Shown here in pieces: positions 18,079 to 26,439 of a stretch of 64,000 nucleotides of DNA. Positions within the stretch are counted from its first letter, which is position 1. Each line of letters opens with the position of its first letter. The position numbers were made by a program, and so were the translations under genes. The notes under the pieces were generated by a model. The model did not search any database and had not been told where the DNA came from. It saw only the letters and a list, made by a program, of their open reading frames with translations. The stretch comes from a virus: the IMG/VR virus record IMGVR_UViG_3300042867_001113. One strand, written 5' to 3'.

Positions 18079-19875
18079 TCAGCGCGCCCCTCGGGCGTTG
18101 AGATCTCGGAGCAGACCGCCAATTTCGCGCAAGCGCAACTCCAAGCCTCGGTCGGACTTCAGGATGGCGTCGAGCTTGGCGTCCATACGTTTCGAGTCCT
18201 TCGGGTTGTAGCCCTCGGTCAGCTCTCGTTCGGAGAAGCCACTGTGCGTCGGGATCCCGCGACGACGAGCCGCGTCACGCGAGCTTGTAAGAGCCTTCAG
18301 CACTCGGTTCGGCTGGTGAGCCTCTGCTGGAGGACCATACGGGCCCTCTTCGGGGGGCGCTTCGCCCGGAGGAGCCTCCATCGGGGGAGGCGCGGGCGAT
18401 ACGATGTTCTGCGCAGCTGCTTGGTTTTCAGCGTCCTCAGCTGACTCCCCACTGCGCTGCTTCTTGATGAGGGCAATCTCGTCTTCGGACAAGCCAAAGA
18501 CGTTCGAGAGGATCCACTGTAGCGAGACAAAGTCGCGCATGCGTGCCGCAAGGTCCGCTTTGGCCGTTCGGACTTCCATCTGAGCCAGCTCAAAAATGGC
18601 CGACGGCACCGTCATGTTGATGTCGTAGTCGACAGCGTAGGGGTCGAGGCCCAGCGCCGACAAGTGGACACGGGCGACCTTCCGGAGTCCATTCTTCAGC
18701 TCCCGCTGGATACGCAGAACGGTCCGAGCAAAGCGGACGTCCTCACTGGACAGGACCGCCCGAGCTACGCCGGATTCCTGCCCGAGGTACGCCTTTGGCA
18801 CCTTGATGGCCGAAAACAGCTTGTCTCGGAAGTACTCGATGTCGTCCATTGCCTGCCACTGCGGAGCGCCGAGGGTCTCGATGCGAGTGGAGTCCACCCC
18901 CTTCCGGGTGGGCACGAAGAAGTCCTCGTCCTGCGACAGAGCGTCGAACTTCAGATTCAGCTTGCCGGTGCCCGGGTCCACGAACCGCTTCTTCCGGAAG
19001 TTCTGGCGGACCCGGTTCACGAACGCGAGGGCCTCTTGGGGAGGAAGGTCGCCGACGTCGACATAGAAGGCGAACCGCTCAGGGGCCCGCTGGAGGCGGT
19101 ACACGAGGGCCGCGTCTTCCAGCAGCATGAGACGCTTCCAGATCCACCGGGCGGCTTCCAAGGCACTGTGGCCGTAGACCGACCGGCGTTCCTTCCCGCG
19201 CAGGCGGAAATGGACCACCTCCCAGCTCTCAAACGCAGCCACTGGCTGACTCGTGGGGTCCGGGCTCACCGACATGTCGAACTTCGCAGACAGAGACCGC
19301 TGGAAGTCGTTGTTGGTGAAGTCGAAGCGCCCCTTGAAGTCCTGCATGAAGCCGATCAGGTCACCCTTCGGCGTCTCAAGGCGTCGGACCGTCGGCGGAG
19401 GCAAGTAGTTGATGCCTCGCACGCCGTCAGCATTGACGAGAAGCTCCTCGTAGTCGTTCCCGTATTTGCAGAGGGTGCGTGCAATTTCCCAGATCTCTTC
19501 GTCCATGCGAAGTGTTCGATTGAACAAGTCATCGAGGTTGTTCTGAAGCGTTTTGTCGGACGACGTGATCCAGATGGTCCGGTGCAGCACGGAGTCAGGT
19601 TGGGTCGCATCGTCCGCGAGGATGTCGAGGGCAGTGGCGATCTCGCCGTAGTCGTCCATCTCCTCGTAGTCCGCGAACCGAAGCAAGAGGTCAGTGTCGA
19701 GGCGAAGATAGTCGGTGAGGGCGTCGTAGCCCACGCCCGACATCAGGTCGATGGCTGTGGCGTCGCCACCGCCCAACTCGCCCGTCGCACCCTTCGCGAG
19801 CTGAGTGTTCGCGTGGTCCTTGTCGCGGCTGAACGCTGCGGAAATTCGCTTGGCGACGTTGTCGGCGAATCCCAT
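18079..19875 (-). CDS. Portal protein (T4 gp20 family)
   Basis: LEDAALVYRLQRAPERFAFYVDVGDLP; EDFF.P.R; DDIEYFRDKLFSAIKVPK. Confidence 0.96.
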   Translation of the reverse strand: MGFADNVAKRISAAFSRDKDHANTQLAKGATGELGGGDATAIDLMSGVGYDALTDYLRLDTDLLLRFADYEEMDDYGEIATALDILADDATQPDSVLHRTIWITSSDKTLQNNLDDLFNRTLRMDEEIWEIARTLCKYGNDYEELLVNADGVRGINYLPPPTVRRLETPKGDLIGFMQDFKGRFDFTNNDFQRSLSAKFDMSVSPDPTSQPVAAFESWEVVHFRLRGKERRSVYGHSALEAARWIWKRLMLLEDAALVYRLQRAPERFAFYVDVGDLPPQEALAFVNRVRQNFRKKRFVDPGTGKLNLKFDALSQDEDFFVPTRKGVDSTRIETLGAPQWQAMDDIEYFRDKLFSAIKVPKAYLGQESGVARAVLSSEDVRFARTVLRIQRELKNGLRKVARVHLSALGLDPYAVDYDINMTVPSAIFELAQMEVRTAKADLAARMRDFVSLQWILSNVFGLSEDEIALIKKQRSGESAEDAENQAAAQNIVSPAPPPMEAPPGEAPPEEGPYGPPAEAHQPNRVLKALTSSRDAARRRGIPTHSGFSERELTEGYNPKDSKRMDAKLDAILKSDRGLELRLREIGGLLRDLNARGAR

Positions 19876-20225
19876 CAGCCCCTGCCTTTCATCGTCGCTC
19901 GAAACGCACTGGAAAACTCAGAGGGCTGTCTCTTCAGAGCGGCTGCAACCCGGTCGGCAATCGTCCCTGAAAGAGAGTCAATACGCCAGAAGTCAGCGGG
20001 ACGCATCCCTTGCTGTTCCAAGGACTCGCAGTAGGCGTCAGCCAGCACGATGGCGAGGTCCGTGAGCACCTGTTCAACGGGGAAAGATGCCGCCGTATAG
20101 ACCGCCTGCTCGTTTTGAGCCTTCGTCGGGCGGATCAGAATAAGACCTTCGTCGCCACTTCCGAGGCGTTCTGCGAGGGTCAAAGATTCAAGCTCCTTGC
20201 GGAGGAGGTCGACCTTGGTGCTCAT
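19875..20225 (-). CDS. Hypothetical protein
   Basis: MSTKVDLL start coupled to terminase stop (TGATG) with GGAGG RBS. Confidence 0.6.
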   Translation of the reverse strand: MSTKVDLLRKELESLTLAERLGSGDEGLILIRPTKAQNEQAVYTAASFPVEQVLTDLAIVLADAYCESLEQQGMRPADFWRIDSLSGTIADRVAAALKRQPSEFSSAFRATMKGRG

Positions 20226-22288
20226 CAGCGACCTCCACCCATATTGCTGCCTCTGAAGAAGGGCAGCGGTTCCCAGCGTTCGGTGCCTGTGCCTGCGGGT
20301 CCGCCACCAACCTGTCCTTGGTACTGGTCCGTCATCCAAGAGTCTCCCCCTGTAGCGGATTGGCGAAGAATCGGAAGCGGGGTCGTGAGCTGCTGCTGCC
20401 CCAGCGTCCACAGCACACCAGCGAGGGCGTCCGCGCAGTCCTTGGAACCCCGGACCGGGTGATCGATCTTTCGACGCCGGTAGTCTCGCTGCAGCTGCCG
20501 AAGCTCGGTCTGGAGGGTGGCGTGCTCGTACATGAACACCCGGTCCTCGTAGAACGCTGTTTTGAGGGCCTCGTAGGGTTCAGTGCTGGTGTCGACTGAG
20601 ACGATCTTCGCGTTGAACCCCTTCTGGTTCAGCTGCTGTACCATGTCCGTCGACTGGTAGGAGTCCGTCGTGACGGACGTGATGGTGTAGCCGTGTTGCG
20701 CCAACTCGTAGATGAGGCGGCGCACGTCGCCAAGGACGATCTCGTCCCCCGGCGGCGGGGTGACTCGGAGCATCAGGTCGACCACGAACACAGGGGCCCG
20801 CTCCAGGTGCTGCTCCCCGTTCGGTCCCCGCCGGACCACGTCTCGAAAACTACCAACGTGCGCCATGCAGAAACCCAGCGCGTCGTGCCGTAGCCCAATG
20901 TCGATGTGGATGTGGCGCATCGCGTTGGGGCTGATGATGGGGCGCATCACCTCGGTCTGGCCGCGCATCGAGGGGTCAGGGGTGAGCCGCACCGCCTTCT
21001 CCCACACGAACTGACCACCCTTCGCGGGGTCGTACTCTGGCTTCGAGAAGAAGTGTCGGTTGGCGCCGTAGGTTTTCTTGTCCTGCTCGACGGCGTCCAC
21101 CAGCTTTTCACGTCTTTGTATAAATGGACTGACGCTTACAACGCTACACCCAGCTATATCTTTGATGCTGCCCTCAAGGTCGCGCTCGAAGTCGAGCTTG
21201 AAGTCCTCGGGGACGCTGATGATGAGGGTGCCATCAGGCAGCGACGAACGAATGCGGTCGCCCTCTCCCGGGTCGAGGATTTTCGACGGGACCGTCTCGT
21301 TTCCGACGAGTACCTGAAACTTGTCGACGGAGTAGTAGTCCTCGGGCTTGATCTCCCAGAGGGCGTAGTCGCGCACGAACAGGGTGGGGTCTTGGACGGC
21401 CTCCTTCAAACGGCGGCTGACGAAGTCCTCAGTGGTCGTCTTCGACGACGCGATGAAAAGGATGCCGGGGAGCTTTCCGGCCTTCTCGAAGCGGGACTTC
21501 ATACGTCGCTTGAGTGAGGAGTAGATGAGGTCGGCGTGGTCAACGACGCCTGCCGCCGCACTGTACTTCCCGCGTTTCGGCAAGAAGTTGCCTTCGTCCA
21601 TGAACGCGCTGATGACGTTGAGACCGAGGGCCGAGGTGTCGGTCGTCGCGCGAGGTGCCACCCACACATTGTGCGGGAACCGCAGCTCCTTCTTCGTCGC
21701 CGAGAAGGGGAAATTCTGCATGAAGTACGGCGAGGCCGTGATCTTCGTCTTGATGTTCTCGAACACGACCTTGGTTGCCAGTTCCTCGTTCACCGAGAAG
21801 CAGGCGAGCGTGATGTTCGTGTCTTTGGCAAGGCCGAACGTCTTGTGAGGGTCTTTCAGACACGAGATTTCGTAGAGCACCCGGGCAATACCGATCGTGC
21901 AGACGAACGTCTTTCCGATGCCGATGGCCCCAGTGATGATGCACTCGTTGTAGCCGCCCGAGAACAGGTCCACGAGGTCGTCGAGGAACTTCGGGTAGAG
22001 GGAGTCGCAGGTGTTGCCGAGGAACTGCGGGTCTTTGATGAAGGTCCGCATGTCAACCGGAGGGGACTTGTACTCAGCAGCAGACAAAGCCGCGAGCAGG
22101 TTGGGTTGCACCGGCGCGAACTGCGTCGCCGCTGACCCGGTCAGAGGCTGATGGTGGAAGTCCTGCAGAATAATTCGCAGGGCCTCGCGCTCCTCTGGGG
22201 TGAGCGTCGACATCTCCTTCTTCAGCGACTCGTCCAGCTCCGAGGCTGTACGGACGCTGATGGTGCGGCCTTCACGGGTTACGAGCAT
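20225..22288 (-). CDS. Terminase large subunit
   Basis: Walker A GAIGIGKT, Walker B FMDEG, RNaseH-like HIDIG and KIDHP..GSKDCADA; adjacent to portal. Confidence 0.93.
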   Translation of the reverse strand: MLVTREGRTISVRTASELDESLKKEMSTLTPEEREALRIILQDFHHQPLTGSAATQFAPVQPNLLAALSAAEYKSPPVDMRTFIKDPQFLGNTCDSLYPKFLDDLVDLFSGGYNECIITGAIGIGKTFVCTIGIARVLYEISCLKDPHKTFGLAKDTNITLACFSVNEELATKVVFENIKTKITASPYFMQNFPFSATKKELRFPHNVWVAPRATTDTSALGLNVISAFMDEGNFLPKRGKYSAAAGVVDHADLIYSSLKRRMKSRFEKAGKLPGILFIASSKTTTEDFVSRRLKEAVQDPTLFVRDYALWEIKPEDYYSVDKFQVLVGNETVPSKILDPGEGDRIRSSLPDGTLIISVPEDFKLDFERDLEGSIKDIAGCSVVSVSPFIQRREKLVDAVEQDKKTYGANRHFFSKPEYDPAKGGQFVWEKAVRLTPDPSMRGQTEVMRPIISPNAMRHIHIDIGLRHDALGFCMAHVGSFRDVVRRGPNGEQHLERAPVFVVDLMLRVTPPPGDEIVLGDVRRLIYELAQHGYTITSVTTDSYQSTDMVQQLNQKGFNAKIVSVDTSTEPYEALKTAFYEDRVFMYEHATLQTELRQLQRDYRRRKIDHPVRGSKDCADALAGVLWTLGQQQLTTPLPILRQSATGGDSWMTDQYQGQVGGGPAGTGTERWEPLPFFRGSNMGGGR

Positions 22289-22291
22289 CGT

Positions 22292-23050
22292 TCAGTCCTT
22301 CGACGTGTCTGGCATGTCGATGAGATCACCTGCGGTGGCGTTGGACAGGTCGTCCATCTCCCCCGCAAATTCAGGGTTGCGGTCAGATCGTTCCGCGATG
22401 GAGAGCAGCCGCTCGGCGATGGCGAGCACCTTGCGACGGGACTCGGAGCTGTCGAGCACCTTGACCACGCCGGGGTTGTCGGCGTAGCGGGTGGCGACGT
22501 CAGCCATGAGGGTCGCGTCGACGCTCACGGTCCCTAGTTTTCGGTCGTTGATGCCGAGGTCCATCTTCAGTTGGGCAGCAGACGCAAGAATCTCCCGAGC
22601 GGTCCGGATTTCTTGCGTCATCGACGGCAGCAGCTTCTTGATGTTCTGTTCGGTCTTGAAGTCGATGGCGACGCGATCCATCTGGATCTTGTAGAGGCGA
22701 TGCATCTCGTCCAGCTCGTTGAGCCCTGCCTTCACCTCTGCGACCGACTTCTCGAAGACGACATTCAGGGGCCCCGCGCGCTGGGTCGCCGGGATGGACA
22801 TCCGGTACTCCGTGAGGAGGTTGACCAGCGAAGCCGGGGTCATGTTGGTCATCTCGTTACGTTCGTCCTGCACCCACGCAGCCACAATCCGTCCCGAAAC
22901 ACCCTCTTCCACCAGCTTCTTGTGTAGCTCCTTGAAGCACTTGAGGTTCCGCAGCGACGCGAAGTTCGTCGAGCGGCTCACGGGGCGGATCCGACCGCCC
23001 TTCTTCGGCAGAGCGCTCTTTGGCGCCGCGTCCTTTTTGGGTTCGCTCAT
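22292..23050 (-). CDS. Putative terminase small subunit
   Basis: Helical 252-aa ORF directly upstream of TerL; called on position only. Confidence 0.5.
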   Translation of the reverse strand: MSEPKKDAAPKSALPKKGGRIRPVSRSTNFASLRNLKCFKELHKKLVEEGVSGRIVAAWVQDERNEMTNMTPASLVNLLTEYRMSIPATQRAGPLNVVFEKSVAEVKAGLNELDEMHRLYKIQMDRVAIDFKTEQNIKKLLPSMTQEIRTAREILASAAQLKMDLGINDRKLGTVSVDATLMADVATRYADNPGVVKVLDSSESRRKVLAIAERLLSIAERSDRNPEFAGEMDDLSNATAGDLIDMPDTSKD

Positions 23051-23099
23051 GCAAGTACCCTAACAGGATGGAAGGGCTGTCAACAACGGGCACGTTTCT

Positions 23100-24938
23100 C
23101 TATTTGCTTGCCCACGATTGGCCCCCGCCGACTTCCGCGCGGGTTGGAACGGACGGGAGCATTGGGGCGATGCCTTCGATCATACCGTCGTGCAGCTCCT
23201 GCCGAACGTGAATTTCCAGCTCAGGATCCTCGTCGTGTTCGCAGACAATCTCGTCGTGGACCATATGGACCGGCGCGCACTTCGCTCCCTTGCCGAGAAG
23301 GGGCGTTCGGCCCGCGAGCTTCTTCAGACGGTCGTAGACGTTGCGGATGGCGACCTTGAGGCCGTCGGCCCCAGTGCCTTGGATGGGGCTGTTGTAGAAC
23401 TCGTTGTGCGCCTTCTCATCCTTGATGATGCGTCGGCGACCCCAAGCCGTCCGGGTCTCGCGCTGACGCTTCCCTGAGTCCATCGCCAGCCGATGCCACG
23501 AGTCGATCCCCGCATATGCCTCGAAGAAGCGTCGGCGGAACGTGCGGGCTTGGTTCTCCGTGAACGACACCCCGTAGCCCTGCTTCGCGTACATCACGAG
23601 GCGCGCGGCCTGCATCCCGTAGATGAAGCCGAAGTTGACCGGCTTGGCCTGCTGGCGTTCTGCCTTCACGATCTCCGACTCAGGCTTGCCGGTCACGAGT
23701 GACGCCGTCGCGTAGTGAGCATCGCGGTCGTCTCGGAACACCTTGATGAGCACCGGATCCTTGGAGATCTCGGCAACTATTCGCATCTCGATGTTGCTCC
23801 AATCGCAGATGGCCAAGGTTCTACCGGGCTCGGCCCTGAAGCAGTCTCGAAAGGCACCCCCGCGAGGTACCTGCTGAAGGTTCGGTCCTCGGTTCGCGTA
23901 CCGTCCGGTGTCGGTGAACGGAAAGTACGACGAGTGGATGCGCCCCGAAATCGGGTGGATGTTCTTCAGGTACTCCTCGCCGAACGCCTTCACCGACTGC
24001 GCATACCCTCGGTACTCGATGAACTCCTTGAGGATGGGCCAGCGGTCAGCCTCCATCGCCAGCGTCATCTCCTTGGTGTCCATGAGGGGGACCGTCTTTG
24101 TCAGCCCGGTCTCCGGGTCTTTCCACTTCTGCTTGACACCCAGCATGCAGAGTGACTTGAGAATCTGATCGGGAGAGTCGAGGTTGAAGCTGGCAGGTCC
24201 GAAGAGGCCCAGCTGGTTCGAGGGGTTCGGCAGCTTGGACAGCAGGCTTGCCCGCAGCCGCTCCAGCTGAACCCGGTCCGACGCCGTTCGCGTGAGCCAC
24301 ATATCTTTGTTGAGGAAGAACCCGTTCAGTTCCATGCACGCTTCGGGGAGAACCGCGTTGAACTCCAGCTGCGCGATCTTCACCAGACGCGCATCGACGA
24401 TCTTCTTCTTGAGGACGTCGCGGAGCCGGGGAAGCTTGTCGATGTCGTCTGCGGCGTAGTCGAGCTGCCGCTGTGTCAGCGTCCCATCCCAGTCGGAACC
24501 GCCGAGGTCTTCGACCGTCGCGGCTTCGCCCAGCTCGCGCTTGTAGAGGCTCCACAGGTCATGCTTTAGCCCGGGGAGGCCCGCGTAGATGATGCTCGAC
24601 GCGCGGAAGGTGTCGAACAGCTTCCCAATCTCCAGATCGAAGTGCCAGAGCAGCCACTTCTGGTCGAACTTCATGTTCTGACCGACCGTAACGCCCTTGG
24701 TCCGCCTGAAGGCGTCCACAACGGGCCCCAGCGTCTTCGTCTTGTAGAGGTCGATGATGTAGAGGCCCTGCCCGGTGTTGACCGAGCAAAGGCGCGGACG
24801 GCCCGTCAGAGGGTCGAAGCTGCCGCCACCCCCGATCTTCGCCGTCTCAAGGTCGAGCCCGATGACATCGGCACTCTCAATTTCACGAGCAATAGCGGCG
24901 AGCAAATGCTCATCAGTGACGACGGTGTACGGGCGCAA
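23100..24938 (-). CDS. polA: DNA polymerase family A (3'-5' exonuclease + polymerase)
   Basis: Exo I DLET, QNMKFD, YAADD; motif A DWSNIEMR, motif B RQQAKPVNFGFIYG, motif C VHDE. Confidence 0.96.
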   Translation of the reverse strand: MRPYTVVTDEHLLAAIAREIESADVIGLDLETAKIGGGGSFDPLTGRPRLCSVNTGQGLYIIDLYKTKTLGPVVDAFRRTKGVTVGQNMKFDQKWLLWHFDLEIGKLFDTFRASSIIYAGLPGLKHDLWSLYKRELGEAATVEDLGGSDWDGTLTQRQLDYAADDIDKLPRLRDVLKKKIVDARLVKIAQLEFNAVLPEACMELNGFFLNKDMWLTRTASDRVQLERLRASLLSKLPNPSNQLGLFGPASFNLDSPDQILKSLCMLGVKQKWKDPETGLTKTVPLMDTKEMTLAMEADRWPILKEFIEYRGYAQSVKAFGEEYLKNIHPISGRIHSSYFPFTDTGRYANRGPNLQQVPRGGAFRDCFRAEPGRTLAICDWSNIEMRIVAEISKDPVLIKVFRDDRDAHYATASLVTGKPESEIVKAERQQAKPVNFGFIYGMQAARLVMYAKQGYGVSFTENQARTFRRRFFEAYAGIDSWHRLAMDSGKRQRETRTAWGRRRIIKDEKAHNEFYNSPIQGTGADGLKVAIRNVYDRLKKLAGRTPLLGKGAKCAPVHMVHDEIVCEHDEDPELEIHVRQELHDGMIEGIAPMLPSVPTRAEVGGGQSWASK

Positions 24939-24995
24939 GTTGTTCTCCCATGAAAGGGCACTGCGCGCTTCGTAACACAGATCTTCGACGGACCG

Positions 24996-26438
24996 TTATC
25001 CCTGCTTTGACTCAGGGACAGCATCGATACCCGGGTCTTCAGTTCCTTCACCCGGCTTGAACGTCGGAGCCGTCTTTGCCAGCTGTTCAGCCTCCCACTT
25101 GGTCGCTGCAGCGTAGAGCGCGAGTAGATCCTCGGCGGTCATCGGCTTCTTCATCGACTCCTCCATCCAGTTCGGGTTGCCGACCGTGTCGTCCCCCGCC
25201 TGAGCAAACATCTGCTTCGGAGCAGTCGGATCCGTCACGTCAACAACAATAGCCGATGAGGCTTCAGGGGCCAGTTCAGCGAACGACGCAGGCAGCTTGA
25301 TGCGGGCGGCTGGGAAGATTTCCGGTTTCACGAAGCGTCCGAAGCGCACCCCTCGGTCTTCGGCCCTGATCCGGACCGCATCCAAGCCTGTCATCTCATC
25401 GGTGTCGCGAACATGGGCGAGAACGAGCTTGACGTCGTAGCCCTTCGATCGAGCCTCCTTGATGACCCCTTTGTAGTAGGCCGTCGACGTCCCCACGCCG
25501 TCAAGCAGGAAGGGGTAGTACTCCCCGGGGCTATCAGGGTCTTCCGACATCGCGAGGTCAATGGCAGTGTCGTTGAGGTTCGATACCTCGCTGTGCGTGA
25601 TGATGGCACCGTTGCGGGACTTCGTCGCCACCGCCGCTTGGTACTCCGGCAGCTTGGTGCGGTGCGCGTCTGCGTCGAGCACGGCCAGTTCGTCAGGGTT
25701 CTCCGCGAGGTAGCGCGCCAACGTGCTCTTTCCGCTGGCAGGGAGGCCCATCGTGATGATGGCTATAGGATTCCGCACACGCCTCTTCCCTTGGAAGATG
25801 CCGTCCAGAATCGTCTTGTGCAGACGCTGGCGCTCTGAAGTCAGGACTCCGTCCGGCGTGGTGTGCGCCTTGAGCGTGTCCGTCGGCAGGTCGGGGTTCG
25901 CGTCAGCCCACTCGGCGCCGCTGGTGAGGTGGAACCACGATCCGTTCGGCATCTTCTTGAACCAAGCGTCCCGCGAGGCCCAGTAGTGAACCGTCCCGAC
26001 AGACGCTTCCTGTCCTCGGGCTTCAAGGACAGCAAGGAATCGGTCGACGTCTTCGGTCTTCTTTGCAGGGTCGTACCTATCCTCGTACCACTCAGGAACA
26101 ACCGTCTGGTGCAGCAGCAGGTACACGTCCCCAGCAGTCTGCACGGAGGGTGCGATCTCCGACGGGACGTCAAACCAGTCCGCGTTCTCGCGGACGTGCT
26201 TCGGGCTGATCGGCCTGAACCGGACCTCATCTCCCGTGTACTCCCACCGAGCACGGACAACGCCGCCACCCTCGTCCACCATGTTTGACAGCTGCATCTC
26301 GAACACAGGCTTCGGAAGATCGGGGTGTGTGTAGAAGACCCAGCGTCCGTCCTCCAGCATCGCAGGAGCGCGAAATAGCGAACCATCAATGTCCGGATTG
26401 GCGCTCTCGACGCCGTAGACGCCTGTAAAACTCAGCAC
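24996..26438 (-). CDS. Protein with zeta-toxin-like P-loop kinase domain
   Basis: ITMGLPASGKST, VLDADAHRTKLPEY, THSE, LLDG, GYDV.L, R..R GR.V pattern. Confidence 0.8.
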   Translation of the reverse strand: MLSFTGVYGVESANPDIDGSLFRAPAMLEDGRWVFYTHPDLPKPVFEMQLSNMVDEGGGVVRARWEYTGDEVRFRPISPKHVRENADWFDVPSEIAPSVQTAGDVYLLLHQTVVPEWYEDRYDPAKKTEDVDRFLAVLEARGQEASVGTVHYWASRDAWFKKMPNGSWFHLTSGAEWADANPDLPTDTLKAHTTPDGVLTSERQRLHKTILDGIFQGKRRVRNPIAIITMGLPASGKSTLARYLAENPDELAVLDADAHRTKLPEYQAAVATKSRNGAIITHSEVSNLNDTAIDLAMSEDPDSPGEYYPFLLDGVGTSTAYYKGVIKEARSKGYDVKLVLAHVRDTDEMTGLDAVRIRAEDRGVRFGRFVKPEIFPAARIKLPASFAELAPEASSAIVVDVTDPTAPKQMFAQAGDDTVGNPNWMEESMKKPMTAEDLLALYAAATKWEAEQLAKTAPTFKPGEGTEDPGIDAVPESKQG

Positions 26439-26439
26439 T

